Source: a virus
Strand: one strand, 5' to 3'
DNA length: 64,000 nt
Virus record (IMG/VR): IMGVR_UViG_3300031111_000008
Span: 28,112 to 92,111 of that record
The notes under the pieces are model-generated. The model did not search any database. It was not told the DNA's origin and was given only the letters and a program-made list of their open reading frames with translations. The translations under genes and the position numbers were made by a program. Shown piece by piece: positions 45,045 through 55,449 of the stretch; position 1 is the first letter of the stretch; each line of letters opens with the position of its first letter.

Positions 45045-45827
45045 AAAAATCAGCTCTCACATGAAGACGAGCCAACCGCTGTCATCTACGGCTTCTTGAC
45101 TCAGCTTCTAGCCATCAAGGAAGATTTCTACGCGGACGGAGTCGTATTCACGTTCGACTACGGCAGAAGCCTGCGCCGGGAAGTCTATCCTAACTACAAA
45201 TCCTCTCGCAGGACAAAGAGGAAAGAGCAATCTATAGAGGACAAGATCCTCTTCAGCCAGCTTCAAGCCCAGATGTACCAACTCAGGACGGAGATCCTTC
45301 CTGAAATGGGGTACAAGAACGTCTTCTTCCAGAAAGGCTACGAAGCTGATGATGTCATAGCCTCTCTCTGCCATAATTCTTTGGCGAAGGACGAGTACGC
45401 AATCGTCGTCTCGAACGACGAGGACTTGTTCCAGCTACTCACAAAACGGATTTCGATTTGGAATCCCTCTTCCCACAAACGCATTACCCTGAAGTCCTTT
45501 CAAAAGCAGTATCGAATCTCAGCGCCGCAGTGGGCGGACGTGAAAGCGATTGCTGGTTGTGATACGGATGACGTGGCAGGTGTGGCAGGCGTCGGCAACA
45601 TCACGGCCTGCAAGTTCCTCGGCGGGATTCTTAAGCCGACGACAAAAGCCCACAAGAAGATCGTCGAAAGTAGAAACCTTTGGGACAGGAACCTCCCATT
45701 AGTGAAGCTTCCTTACGAGGGAACGGAGACGTTCGTGATCCAAGAGGACAAGATCAAACAGAAGAAGTGGGATCAGATGATGGAGAAGTACGGCATGGAG
45801 AGCTTGAAGGGCGAAACCCCGTTGTGA
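44985..45827 (+). CDS. 5'-3' exonuclease/flap endonuclease (T4 RNase H-like)
   Basis: LLIVD, YPNYK, GYEADDVI, SNDEDLFQL, GCDTDDVAGV.GVG. Confidence 0.92.
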   Translation: MRTLLIVDCSAVCYRAFFGIKNQLSHEDEPTAVIYGFLTQLLAIKEDFYADGVVFTFDYGRSLRREVYPNYKSSRRTKRKEQSIEDKILFSQLQAQMYQLRTEILPEMGYKNVFFQKGYEADDVIASLCHNSLAKDEYAIVVSNDEDLFQLLTKRISIWNPSSHKRITLKSFQKQYRISAPQWADVKAIAGCDTDDVAGVAGVGNITACKFLGGILKPTTKAHKKIVESRNLWDRNLPLVKLPYEGTETFVIQEDKIKQKKWDQMMEKYGMESLKGETPL

Positions 45828-45834
45828 GTGAGAA

Positions 45835-46326
45835 ATGAAAATGAAATGTTACATAGGAATCGATCCAGGGAAGAAAGGCGGCATCGCATGGATTTTGGGA
45901 CAGAGGATTTTCTACGAACCGATGCCCGAGACGGAAACGGATTTGAAAACATTGTTCTCAAATGAGCTGAGTGGGTTGGACGCCTTTGCATTCATTGAGA
46001 AAGTTCACGCGATGCCAGAGCAAGGACGGAGTTCGATCTGGACTTTTGCTGAGGGTTTTGGTGGTTTACGGATGTGCCTAGTTTGGGCGGGTATCCCGTT
46101 TGAAACTGTTACTCCGATGACCTGGCAGAAATCTTTGCGAATACCAAAGAAGGGGAAGAACGAGAGCAAGAACCAGCACAAGGAGAAGCTTCGGGCGAAA
46201 GCGCAGGAGTTGTATCCTAAGCTGAAGATTTGGAGCAAGCCGAAAACAAAAGGGAAGCAGTTGGCGATTTGTGACTCTTTGCTGATTGCTACTTACTGCA
46301 AAAGGAATTTTGAGGGGTGGAAGTGA
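45835..46326 (+). CDS. RuvC-like Holliday junction resolvase
   Basis: IGIDPGKKGG, IEKV, VTP.TWQK, DSLLIA. Confidence 0.82.
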   Translation: MKMKCYIGIDPGKKGGIAWILGQRIFYEPMPETETDLKTLFSNELSGLDAFAFIEKVHAMPEQGRSSIWTFAEGFGGLRMCLVWAGIPFETVTPMTWQKSLRIPKKGKNESKNQHKEKLRAKAQELYPKLKIWSKPKTKGKQLAICDSLLIATYCKRNFEGWK

Positions 46327-46470
46327 TGGATTCATTTACTCGTAGCTGGTTGGAAGATTTGGAAAGAACCTTGAACAAGTTGCAAAACGAGGTTCGGGAG
46401 TTGGCGGAAGCCGTTGGACGGATCGAGGAAAATAGGAAAAGGGCTGCCGAGATGTTGGAAGGAAAAAAGG

Positions 46471-47643
46471 ATGCTTGAAAAACTTCGCTTGCGAAACTTT
46501 CAAATCCACGAAGATCGAGAGATCATCTTCGACGAGAAAGTGACTACAATCATTGGTCCCACCGACGCGGGCAAATCCGCGATTATGCGATCTCTCAAAT
46601 GGTTGGTTGAGAACAAGCCAGCAGGAGACGCCTTTCGTCGGGATGGTTCTAAGGTAGTCAAGGTAGGTCTGAAGTTCGACGGCAGGATGTTGATGAGGAC
46701 CAAGAGCGCTTCCGTCAACAAGATGACTTTGGACAAGGAACCGTTCGAGGCTTTTGGTAAATGCGACGTGCCTGATGAAATTTCCCAAGCTTTGAATATT
46801 CATCCTCTGTCCTTCCAGGATCAGCACGATTCTCCATACTGGTTGTCAGACACGGCGGGGCAGGTTTCCCGGCAGCTGAACGCCATTGTGAATCTCGATG
46901 TGATTGATGTGACTATGAAAAATATCACGTCAATGCTGCGAAAGGCGAAGGGGGAGGAAGCAGCTTCGGTCAGTAGGAAGAAGCAGGCTGTCGAGGAGGT
47001 TGAGAAGTATGGGTTTGTTGAGGATCTCCAAGAGGACTTCGAGGAAGTAACCACCCTGGAGGAGGGGATAGCTGAGAAAGCTGCCAGATTGGCCCGTATT
47101 GAGAAGCTTTTGGAAAAGGCTTCGCAGTACCTAAAGGCTGCCAAGACGGCGTCAGAGGCTCTCCGGGACGCTTCTCGGACGATTATCAAGGGAGAGACGG
47201 CTGCCAGGAAGATTGAGCAGCTACAAAAGTTGGAAAAGTTGGTTTTGGAGGCAGAGGAGGCTTCTGTTCTGGCTGGGATGGAACTCCCCACTAAGGGGGA
47301 GATGGCAAAGGTTGAAGATCTGCATGGAGAGTTCTGGGAAAGCCGTGCTGCCCAGACTCGTTTGGAGGAGTTCATCGAGCAGGCAGAGAAGAAGCAGGAA
47401 TGGGTAGACTCTCTAGCTTTCCCCAGCGTGGCCGAGATCGAATCTGTACAGGTCTGGGGCAGGGAGTACGAGTCGGAACGGAAATTCGCGGAAGGGCTGG
47501 AAGAAGCCGCGATGAAGGCCGAAGCGATGAGATCCTTTTGGGTGGAGAAGGACCAGGCTGTGATCGTGGCCAAACGTGAGTTGGAAGAAAAGTTGGAAGG
47601 GCAATGTCCTTTATGTGGAGGAGAGTGGAATGCTGCCGAATGA
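46471..47643 (+). CDS. SbcC/Rad50-like ATPase, N-terminal half
   Basis: LRNFQIH, GPTDAGKS, Q-loop QDQHD, coiled coil, terminal CPLCG hook. Confidence 0.85.
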   Translation: MLEKLRLRNFQIHEDREIIFDEKVTTIIGPTDAGKSAIMRSLKWLVENKPAGDAFRRDGSKVVKVGLKFDGRMLMRTKSASVNKMTLDKEPFEAFGKCDVPDEISQALNIHPLSFQDQHDSPYWLSDTAGQVSRQLNAIVNLDVIDVTMKNITSMLRKAKGEEAASVSRKKQAVEEVEKYGFVEDLQEDFEEVTTLEEGIAEKAARLARIEKLLEKASQYLKAAKTASEALRDASRTIIKGETAARKIEQLQKLEKLVLEAEEASVLAGMELPTKGEMAKVEDLHGEFWESRAAQTRLEEFIEQAEKKQEWVDSLAFPSVAEIESVQVWGREYESERKFAEGLEEAAMKAEAMRSFWVEKDQAVIVAKRELEEKLEGQCPLCGGEWNAAE

Positions 47644-48043
47644 ATATCAAAGATTGGCCCACCGCACCGAAACTGATGCGAAGTCACCGTTCGATGAGAG
47701 TGTCTACGGTCCAGAGATAGCAAAAATGCTCTGGCGATTGATGCATGCCCAGCAAGGACTAGCCGACGAGGTTGGCGAGTTCACGAAACAGATCAAGGCT
47801 CATTTGTATTACAGTTCAGAGCTGAACTGCAACAATTTGGTAGAGGAATTGGGCGATGCCTTGTGGTATATCGCTTTAGCCTGCAATGCTATGGATGCGG
47901 ACCTGGAGTATGTTATGGAGAAGAATATCGAGAAGCTGAGAAAACGATTCCCCAACAAGTTCACTGCCGAGGCTGCACAAGAGGAGAACAGAGATCGGGA
48001 GGCCGAAGCTGAGGTTTTTGGTGAGGAGAATCAAAATGGATAG
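47630..48043 (+). CDS. MazG-like NTP pyrophosphohydrolase
   Basis: GLADEVGE, EELGDALWY, NIEKLRKRFP. Confidence 0.88.
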   Translation: MLPNEYQRLAHRTETDAKSPFDESVYGPEIAKMLWRLMHAQQGLADEVGEFTKQIKAHLYYSSELNCNNLVEELGDALWYIALACNAMDADLEYVMEKNIEKLRKRFPNKFTAEAAQEENRDREAEAEVFGEENQNG

Positions 48044-48500
48044 GCGACAAATGCTATTTGGAATCCCCGCGTTCGTTGGGGGATTCTTTGTTCGGAGGAG
48101 GGATCCGAAGATAGAAGAGAACTGTAGTGAGGATGGGATTGACATTCTTGATCTTATAGATTCTCGAATGCGGGAACTAGATAGGGCGATTCTTGCTATA
48201 GCAAAGAGCAAGTGTAGACACGTTCCTTATTGTGGTGGCAGGTTGGAAGGATTGGTCTTAGCAAGAAGTATTTTACTTGGAAAAAAAGAGGATGAGGATT
48301 GGATCAGTTACGGAGTGGAAACCGAAGCAATTGTACAAGCATCATCCAGAACGCAACGTCTTCCATCTTCGCCATGAAACGAAAACGACGAGTAAAAGGA
48401 CATCGTCAGGCGGGTAGGAAACACAACAAAAGCAGAAAGAAATTGGCTAAAGAACGAAAAAGGAAACTTTCACGCCGCGAGGGTAGTAGCAGGTGAAAAT

Positions 48501-48938
48501 GTGAATAGGAGGACTGAAATGATGTGGGATACTGCAAAGCTGAGATGTTATGACGAGATGTGTGAGAGGGTAGAGGAGCAGATTTTACGCATTCGTCAGT
48601 TGGAAAGGCAGGTGGATCATCAAAGTGTGGTTATTGGCAACCAAAAGGCGACGATTGAGGAGTACATTCACAACGAACGTGCAATTGAAAATGCGCTCGC
48701 ACCAGTGTTTGGTCGGTACGGTGGAGAGGGAGAGGAGGAACAAGACTACCCGGCGATGATCAAGAAGATTGTTCACGATTTGGTGGAAGGGAAGAAAGTA
48801 CCGGATATGCACGGTAGTTTGCGTTGTGAGTGTTGCGAGCCAATGGGTGGTTATGACCAGTTGACATGGCTGTCTGATGGCATTTATTTTGACAAGTCGG
48901 CGTTGATGGGCGAAGTCATCGTCGGTGTCGATTTGTAG
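48501..48938 (+). CDS. hypothetical coiled-coil protein
   Basis: 145 aa ORF. Confidence 0.45.
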   Translation: MNRRTEMMWDTAKLRCYDEMCERVEEQILRIRQLERQVDHQSVVIGNQKATIEEYIHNERAIENALAPVFGRYGGEGEEEQDYPAMIKKIVHDLVEGKKVPDMHGSLRCECCEPMGGYDQLTWLSDGIYFDKSALMGEVIVGVDL

Positions 48939-48980
48939 TCAGCTAGGGCAATGAAACACAACTGAAAGAGGAGAATTAGT

Positions 48981-49670
48981 ATGTACTTGGTTTATCCTAG
49001 TTACAGGATCATGCCGATGTTCGGGCTGCCGTGGAATCGTTCGTATGGATTGTGGCTGATGCAGCATATCGAAAAGATAGGCCGGACGTGCTACAAGTCG
49101 GAGGACAAGATTACTGACGAATCAGCCGGGCCGTTTTGTGAGATGCTGACGAAACGGGGTCACACCGCAATGATCGAGCACGCAACGGTGAGTGTTCGGT
49201 TTATCGTGACGAGAGGATTCACCCACGAATTAGTCCGGCACCGGATTGCCAGCTACGCTCAAGAGAGTACGAGGTTCTGCGATTACAAGGATGGTCATGT
49301 GATGTTTATCATCACACCGAAAGTCGAAGAGCGGTTGAAGGAGTTTGCGTATTCGAGAATGGCCGAAGGCATCTGGGAGAGTCTCGATACGCGGGGTTGG
49401 CCTTCGGATGTTAGGCGATGGTACGATTACCGACTGGATGTTGAGAAACAGTACAAGTATCTCCGATCCCAAGGATGGAAACCAGAAGAGGCAAGGGATG
49501 AGTTGCCAATCGGGCTGAAGACGGAGATCGTAATTACAGCCAATCTGACGGAGTGGCTTCATATATTCAGTCTGAGGTGTAGCAAGGCCGCACACCCGCA
49601 AATGCGACAATTGATGCCTTTGGTGGAGAAGGATTTTCAAGAGGTTTTACCGGAAGTATTTGCTGGTTGA
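48981..49670 (+). CDS. thyX: flavin-dependent thymidylate synthase
   Basis: GHTAMIEH, THELVRHRIASYAQESTR, EEARDELP, LRCSKAAHPQMR. Confidence 0.93.
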   Translation: MYLVYPSYRIMPMFGLPWNRSYGLWLMQHIEKIGRTCYKSEDKITDESAGPFCEMLTKRGHTAMIEHATVSVRFIVTRGFTHELVRHRIASYAQESTRFCDYKDGHVMFIITPKVEERLKEFAYSRMAEGIWESLDTRGWPSDVRRWYDYRLDVEKQYKYLRSQGWKPEEARDELPIGLKTEIVITANLTEWLHIFSLRCSKAAHPQMRQLMPLVEKDFQEVLPEVFAG

Positions 49671-49681
49671 AGGAGAATTCG

Positions 49682-50602
49682 ATGTCAAGCGTAATAGCAA
49701 TTCTAGTTTCTGACATCCACTTGTCTGAGAAACCTCCCATCGCCAGATCGGATGAACCGGATTGGTTTGCAGCGATGGCTCGGCAATTAAACGAGCTGGA
49801 GGATCTGTCAGAGGGATATGATGTTCCAATCATCTGCGCTGGGGATGTGTTCGACAGAGCAAAGCCTTCACCTTGGTTGATAAATTTTGCTTTGGATAAA
49901 CTTCCTGGAATGTACTCCGTAGCAGGGCAGCACGATTTGCCCAACCACCGCATGGAGGACATGGGTAAAAGCGCTTTCTGTACGATGGAGAAATCTCGAA
50001 AGATAAGATTTCTCAAAGGAGTAGATTTTGCCGAGGAGTTTAAGAAGAATGTCTATCTGTATGGATATTCTTGGGGAGAGAATCCACGGCCTTGTGTGAT
50101 GGGAACTAGTCTAAACATATTGGTAATGCACAAATATGTTTGGCATGGGGAATCTCACTATCCAGGCGCGCCAAAAACAGCGAATGTGAGTGTCTGCAAA
50201 GATTTTTTCAAAGGCTATGATGCAGCTCTCGTGGGAGATAATCATCAGTCTTGGAAAACAAAGGTAGGTAACTGCACCGTCTACAATCCGGGTTCTTTCT
50301 TCCGCCGACGAACGACGGACATCGACCACCGGCCCCAGGTGGGATTGCTAAAAAGCGATGGGAAAGTGGAGATCCATTATCTGGACGTGTCTCAGGATAT
50401 TCTCACGGTTACGGATACCGCTGCCCGGCAGGAGGAAGTAGAAACTCTGAAGATGGAGATGGGAAAGTTTATGGAAGGGCTGAAAGGACTCGGGGAAGCC
50501 GGGTTGGATTTTGTGGATGCCGTTGCGGATTACTGCGGACAGAAGGGAGTGAGAAGAGAAATTCGTTCTTTACTAGTCCAAGCAATGGAGGATAAAGGGT
50601 GA
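49682..50602 (+). CDS. SbcD/Mre11-like nuclease
   Basis: SDIH, AGDVFD, GQHD, GDNH, NPGS. Confidence 0.88.
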   Translation: MSSVIAILVSDIHLSEKPPIARSDEPDWFAAMARQLNELEDLSEGYDVPIICAGDVFDRAKPSPWLINFALDKLPGMYSVAGQHDLPNHRMEDMGKSAFCTMEKSRKIRFLKGVDFAEEFKKNVYLYGYSWGENPRPCVMGTSLNILVMHKYVWHGESHYPGAPKTANVSVCKDFFKGYDAALVGDNHQSWKTKVGNCTVYNPGSFFRRRTTDIDHRPQVGLLKSDGKVEIHYLDVSQDILTVTDTAARQEEVETLKMEMGKFMEGLKGLGEAGLDFVDAVADYCGQKGVRREIRSLLVQAMEDKG

Positions 50603-50766
50603 CTATCAAACTTAATGATGACGATGTCATGCCGTTTGGGAAATACAAAGGACAGAGACTTGGAGAAATTGAGGATAGCTACTTTTTGTGGTTCTTAAAG
50701 CAAGAATGGAGTAGCAAGTTTCCTGATTTGGTTGAATACGCTCAATTAGTAGAGGAGGATGAGTGA
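50599..50766 (+). CDS. small MPFGKYKG-motif (DUF3820-like) protein
   Basis: MPFGKYKGQRLGEIEDSYFLW, 55 aa. Confidence 0.65.
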   Translation: MTIKLNDDDVMPFGKYKGQRLGEIEDSYFLWFLKQEWSSKFPDLVEYAQLVEEDE

Positions 50767-50934
50767 TGAGATATTGGGTTTTGATCTCCAGAAAGAAGGG
50801 CGGCAACTATAGGATTGGTCCGTTCAAAACCAGGGAGGAAGCTACTCGCATAATGTTCAACAATTCCAAACGTCCGAGTGTGCAGGAAGTTGAACTAATC
50901 GAGGAGGTTGTTGAGGAATTGAAGGAGGACCAGA

Positions 50935-51195
50935 ATGACGCTTGAACTAAAAGAATTTGATCGTCTGAAAAAGGAAGCCGAGAACCTTCGTCGGCAAGCG
51001 GACAAGGCCCAAGGAGCTTTGGAACAGACTATGGCCATACTCAAGGAAGAGTACGAGTGCGATACCATAGAAGAAGCCAAAGAGTTGGCTGAACAGTATA
51101 GCGAGGAAGCCGACAAGCTCAAAGCCCGTTTCGAGAAAGCGGAGAAGGCTTTCAGGGAGAAGTGGGAAGATGTGCTAGATGGGAATTGGGAATAA
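50935..51195 (+). CDS. short coiled-coil protein
   Basis: GGAGG RBS; heptad-like. Confidence 0.6.
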   Translation: MTLELKEFDRLKKEAENLRRQADKAQGALEQTMAILKEEYECDTIEEAKELAEQYSEEADKLKARFEKAEKAFREKWEDVLDGNWE

Positions 51196-51243
51196 GGAGG
51201 ACGATGAGAATTTTTGCATCTGCCCGACGAGGAAGGGGAAAGA

Positions 51244-51825
51244 ATGATAAGCGATTGGAAAACTGAAGTAGACCGTCTAGCTTTTCAGAGGGGGGTGGCT
51301 GAAGAGACTCTGAAGAGGGAAGAGGAGAATCTGAAGCGAGCCGCTGAATATCGGGAGGATGTCGAGGAGACTCAAATCATCGTCCAGACGGTTGCTCAGG
51401 CAGTTCAACAGCAGATCCATAATCGTGTAGCTGGTGTAGTCTCTCAGTGCTTAGAAGCTGTTTTCGACGATCCTTACGAATTTCAGATTGTTTTTGAACA
51501 GAAGCGGGGCAAGACCGAAGCCCGGTTAGTGTTCGTACGGGATGGTTTGGAAGTAGATCCCATGACGGCATCGGGTGGTGGGGTTGTTGACGTTGCGGCT
51601 TTCGCTCTCAGGCTCTCCTCGTTGCTTCTCCTGCGTCCCGCCGTAAGACGAGTGATTGTAGCGGACGAGCCTTTCCGCTTCGTCTCAGCCCAATACAGGG
51701 GCAGAATACGGGCAATGCTGGAAGGGCTCGCAGAAGACATGGGAATTCAATTCATAATCGTGACCCACATCGATGATCTCAAGATGGGGACGATTGTGGA
51801 TTTGAGTCGGGCGGTGCCAGAATGA
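51244..51825 (+). CDS. SbcC/Rad50-like ATPase, C-terminal half
   Basis: signature ASGGG, Walker B IVADEPF, IIVTH. Confidence 0.85.
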   Translation: MISDWKTEVDRLAFQRGVAEETLKREEENLKRAAEYREDVEETQIIVQTVAQAVQQQIHNRVAGVVSQCLEAVFDDPYEFQIVFEQKRGKTEARLVFVRDGLEVDPMTASGGGVVDVAAFALRLSSLLLLRPAVRRVIVADEPFRFVSAQYRGRIRAMLEGLAEDMGIQFIIVTHIDDLKMGTIVDLSRAVPE

Positions 51826-52021
51826 CGAAGGAGTCGGCGCTGTCGTCTCTTCGTTTTCTCGTGGTGCTCACGGTCGTGCCGTCAGTGAATCGGGTAAGCC
51901 AGCAATAATGCTTACGTCCAGCCGATTCGGAAACCAGCCCTCCATCTACGACTAGCAAAGCTCTGTCCATAGCTTGGGCGGCGGTGATCTTTTCGTCGTA
52001 TCTGATGATGATGGTTTTCAT
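51779..52021 (-). CDS. hypothetical protein
   Basis: last gene of minus-strand block, converges on SbcC-C. Confidence 0.45.
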   Translation of the reverse strand: MKTIIIRYDEKITAAQAMDRALLVVDGGLVSESAGRKHYCWLTRFTDGTTVSTTRKRRDDSADSFVILAPPDSNPQSSPS

Positions 52022-52716
52022 TGGTTTTTATTTCTCCACTTCTCGGCTTTTGATTTGAAGTTTTTTGACAAGGCGATTTCCGGTGGGTATCTCTTTAGCC
52101 GTTGCCGAACTCTTTCCCGACTAATTCCAAGCCACCGAGCCCAATCTGATATGCAACCGGATTTCTTGTTGAAAGTGTACCAAATTCCTGCTCGCCTAGC
52201 TTGCAGTTCTTGGAAAGTTATCCACTGAAAGTTTTCTGGCCCGTACTTTCGACTCTCATCGATTCTCGCGAGTACCTTATTTTCGGGAGGATGTCCTACG
52301 TCAGCGGCGAAGTTCAAATACGAATTTTTCCACCTCTTGCAAAGCTCATTGGGGTAGCGGAATTTCAATCCAGCCCACCTATAGTAAAACAGTGTTTTTG
52401 ATTGTCCTCCACTTTTTCCCGGTTTCTTATATTTGTGAGCACACTCTTGGCAGTGGGTGCTTATTCCTCCTCGCAGATTTCCAGTGGTGTAGAGATTGTA
52501 CGATCCGCAATCGCACAAACCAACCCACTTGGATTGGATTGAAGTACATGGTTGAGACTTTTTGGATCTCTTCCTGCCCGCGTAAGCTACGATTTTGAGA
52601 TGCCCAAAAGTTTCTCCAATCAGGTTTTTGAAAACGGCGTGTGAGTTGAGGGGTTGGGCTTTTACAATTTTTCCCGTTAGCAGATTGTATTTACGAGGCA
52701 TTTTTCTCTCTTTCAC
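52018..52716 (-). CDS. HNH-like homing endonuclease (possibly degenerate)
   Basis: NLIGETFGHL..W..LCDCG..NLRGG..HCQEC; RIDESRKYGPENFQW. Confidence 0.65.
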   Translation of the reverse strand: MKERKMPRKYNLLTGKIVKAQPLNSHAVFKNLIGETFGHLKIVAYAGRKRSKKSQPCTSIQSKWVGLCDCGSYNLYTTGNLRGGISTHCQECAHKYKKPGKSGGQSKTLFYYRWAGLKFRYPNELCKRWKNSYLNFAADVGHPPENKVLARIDESRKYGPENFQWITFQELQARRAGIWYTFNKKSGCISDWARWLGISRERVRQRLKRYPPEIALSKNFKSKAEKWRNKNQ

Positions 52717-53362
52717 TATTGTTGATCACTTCTCCAAGATGGATTCGATTTGCTGGGACGGAAGGATTCTCGGGCTGACATTTTTCAACATATCTTGCAG
52801 CCGTACGGCGAGATAAGCCGGTTTTTTCCATGATTCTCTTGTAGGTCAGTCCCGATTTTCTCATGCGATAGACTACACGAGGATCCATTTTGGTTGTCCC
52901 AGGCTTTCTTCCTTTGTACTTTCCCTTCTTTTTGGCGATGGCGATTCCGGCAGCTTGTCGTTCTCTTCTGGTTTCCTGCTCCATTTCGGCGACGGCGAAT
53001 AGCACGGAGGCGATGAGTTTCCCGCCCGCTCCTGAAAAATCCAGCTGTTGGGTGACGGAGACTACACGGATATTTTTTTCACACCAGTCACATAGGGTAT
53101 TGATGCCGTCTTTCAGCGAACGTGAAAGACGATCCAACTTCCAGACGACGACTGTTTTGATCTGCCCGTTGAAGATCATTTGTTGCAATTTTTTCAGTTC
53201 AGGACGGTCGAGGTTGTCGCCCGTCTGCTTGTCGACGAAGAAGATCACATCCTTCCTCTTGTAGCAATTGCCTTTCAGCCACTTGACGATCTCGGAACGC
53301 TGCCCAGCAGCATTTTGAGAGCAAGTGCTGACGCGAATGTACACTGCTGTTGATGGGTTCAT
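52691..53362 (-). CDS. serine recombinase (resolvase/invertase)
   Basis: YIRVST, DRPEL, KLDRLSRS, AEME..RERQAAGI, KGRK, C-terminal HTH. Confidence 0.93.
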   Translation of the reverse strand: MNPSTAVYIRVSTCSQNAAGQRSEIVKWLKGNCYKRKDVIFFVDKQTGDNLDRPELKKLQQMIFNGQIKTVVVWKLDRLSRSLKDGINTLCDWCEKNIRVVSVTQQLDFSGAGGKLIASVLFAVAEMEQETRRERQAAGIAIAKKKGKYKGRKPGTTKMDPRVVYRMRKSGLTYKRIMEKTGLSRRTAARYVEKCQPENPSVPANRIHLGEVINNSEREKNAS

Positions 53363-54432
53363 TTTAACTCCAGAGTCGTTTTTCTTTCTGCGCTGGTTAG
53401 TATGGTGGAAGATTTTTCAATACGCACTATGACAATAGAATCATCTTGTGGCATTGGTGGTTCTGCGAAACTCTTGAAGATGATTACAGATTGATCTTTG
53501 CATTCTTTCACGGTGGCCGAATCGAAAGCCCACACGGTAGCCGAGTTGTAAGCCTCTACGGTAGCCGAGTTGTAAGCCGTCACGGTAGCCGAGTTGTAAG
53601 CCCTTACGGTAGCCGAGTTGTAAGCCTCTACGGTAGCCGAGTTGTAAGCCTCTACGGTAGCCGAGTTGTAAGCCTCTACGGTAGCCGAGTTGTAAGCCTC
53701 TACGGTAGCCGAGCCGGAAGCCGTCACGGTAGCCGAATCAAAAGCCCACACGGTAGCCGAGCCGTAAGCCTCTACGGTAGCCGAGCCGCAAGCCGTCACG
53801 GTGGCCGAATCGCGAGCCCTCACGGTAGCCGAGCCGTAAGCCTTTACGGTAGCCGAGTTGCAAGCCGTCACGGTGGCCGAATCGCGAGCCCTCACGGTAG
53901 CCGAGCCGCAAGCCTCTACGGTAGCCGAGCCGCAAGCCCTCACGGTAGCCGAATCGTAAGCCGTCACGATGGTCGAGCCGGAAGCGTGTACGGTAGCCGA
54001 GTCGGAAGCCCATACGGTAGCCGAATCGTAAGCCGTCACGGTAGCCGAGCCGGAAGCGTGTACGGTAGCCGAGTCGGAAGCCGTCACGGTGACCGAGCCT
54101 ACAGCGTATACCTCTCCTTCCTTAACCTCTCTTTTTCCTTCTCTGATGATTTTCTTCTCGGCCCAATCGACCAGCCCCAACCTGGTGCGGCGTTCGATGT
54201 CTCGTACGCCCGCCCAGTCTGGGAGGATGTCTTGATCGAGTTGAAAGTTCCACTCGTCAAGAGGTTTTGAGAAGTCTTTTTCGGGCGGCGTAATCTCCAC
54301 GCGGACGATATTCGGACCCCGAACTCCGTCTGCGTTTAGAGAATGCTCGTCGATGATGTCTTCGTGAGAATCTGTTTTGACCGACCAAAAGATCTTATCT
54401 TTTGTCAGAACGAAAGAGGCTGGTTGACACAT
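53359..54432 (-). CDS. 8-aa repeat (A-x-x-SATV-x) solenoid protein, copy A
   Basis: ~24 tandem 24-nt repeats; N-terminus shared with copy B. Confidence 0.8.
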   Translation of the reverse strand: MCQPASFVLTKDKIFWSVKTDSHEDIIDEHSLNADGVRGPNIVRVEITPPEKDFSKPLDEWNFQLDQDILPDWAGVRDIERRTRLGLVDWAEKKIIREGKREVKEGEVYAVGSVTVTASDSATVHASGSATVTAYDSATVWASDSATVHASGSTIVTAYDSATVRACGSATVEACGSATVRARDSATVTACNSATVKAYGSATVRARDSATVTACGSATVEAYGSATVWAFDSATVTASGSATVEAYNSATVEAYNSATVEAYNSATVEAYNSATVRAYNSATVTAYNSATVEAYNSATVWAFDSATVKECKDQSVIIFKSFAEPPMPQDDSIVIVRIEKSSTILTSAERKTTLELK

Positions 54433-54600
54433 GTTCGGGGTTCTTTCTTTTTACTTTTGAAATTGAATTGGAGAGGGCTGATTCCAAAACGCACGATTGT
54501 TATCTGTAGATATTCCACGAGGAATGTAAAAGGTGCCCCGTTTGTATAGGTCCGGGGCACGACCTTAAAACCAAAATTCCGCGACGATTGGTTAATCATT

Positions 54601-55344
54601 CTATGCCGAAACAGCAATTCCCGCGAAGCTGTCGAGTAGTCCGTGCAACGCCATCGTTCGACGAGGCAGGTTTTCGGGCTTGACGACTTTCAGGGCTTCT
54701 GTGCAGGCATTGAAGTACCGCCAGAGGGTCTTGTCTCCGAACTCCTCGTGATCGGGTTCCCGCCACTGCTCGATGACCTTGGGCAAGTTCCGAGTGGAGA
54801 TTGCTCGTACGTCGAGAGCTTGGATAGTCAGATCGTGGGCTTCTGCGTCAGTCAGTTCGTATTGCTTATACGCGGCGAACCTCATGTCTTGCCCTCTTCG
54901 GGCATCTCCGATTTTTCCTACGGCAGTAGCAATCAGTTGGGGCAAATCCCTTCCGATCCAACGAGTGTGCTTCCTGGCAATGACAATCTCGCCGCTGAAG
55001 CTCATGTTGTCACAAACGAAAACATGAGCACCAACCGACAAACCGGCGGGGAATACTTTGTCGTGGGAATTTCTTAGCCCCATCAGAGTACCGTAGTCGT
55101 CATGGTCATCACCATTTTCAAGCCGCATCAGCCCGAAGTAGCGAGCGCCATCGTAGGCTAGCCCGTGCTGCTCTTGGGTGACCTTGAGCCCAGTCTGAGT
55201 GATCGTATCCCGAACTCGATTCACGAGGTCGGCGTGCGGAATAGGGGTCCAAGACTTGGTAGATTCGGGGGTGGGAACCATTTCGATTTCCTCGAAGCTG
55301 GTTTCCTCGCCGCCACAGTGCAACAAAAGTCCTTCAAGAGCCAT
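54601..55344 (-). CDS. DUF932-family protein
   Basis: PIPH, GLRNSHDK, VFVCDNM, RKHT, TLWRYFNACTE. Confidence 0.8.
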   Translation of the reverse strand: MALEGLLLHCGGEETSFEEIEMVPTPESTKSWTPIPHADLVNRVRDTITQTGLKVTQEQHGLAYDGARYFGLMRLENGDDHDDYGTLMGLRNSHDKVFPAGLSVGAHVFVCDNMSFSGEIVIARKHTRWIGRDLPQLIATAVGKIGDARRGQDMRFAAYKQYELTDAEAHDLTIQALDVRAISTRNLPKVIEQWREPDHEEFGDKTLWRYFNACTEALKVVKPENLPRRTMALHGLLDSFAGIAVSA

Positions 55345-55402
55345 TGTGGATTCTCCTTAAAAAGGGAGGTTGGTTTGTGTTTCCTTGCCTTTGACACCAA
55401 CT

Positions 55403-55431
55403 ATTTTACCAAAAGTAAGATGGCTTGTCAA
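55403..55431 (-). promoter_or_regulatory. sigma70-like promoter
   Basis: TTGACA-17-TAAAAT on minus strand. Confidence 0.8.
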
Positions 55432-55449
55432 CAGCACTTGAGAAAATTT

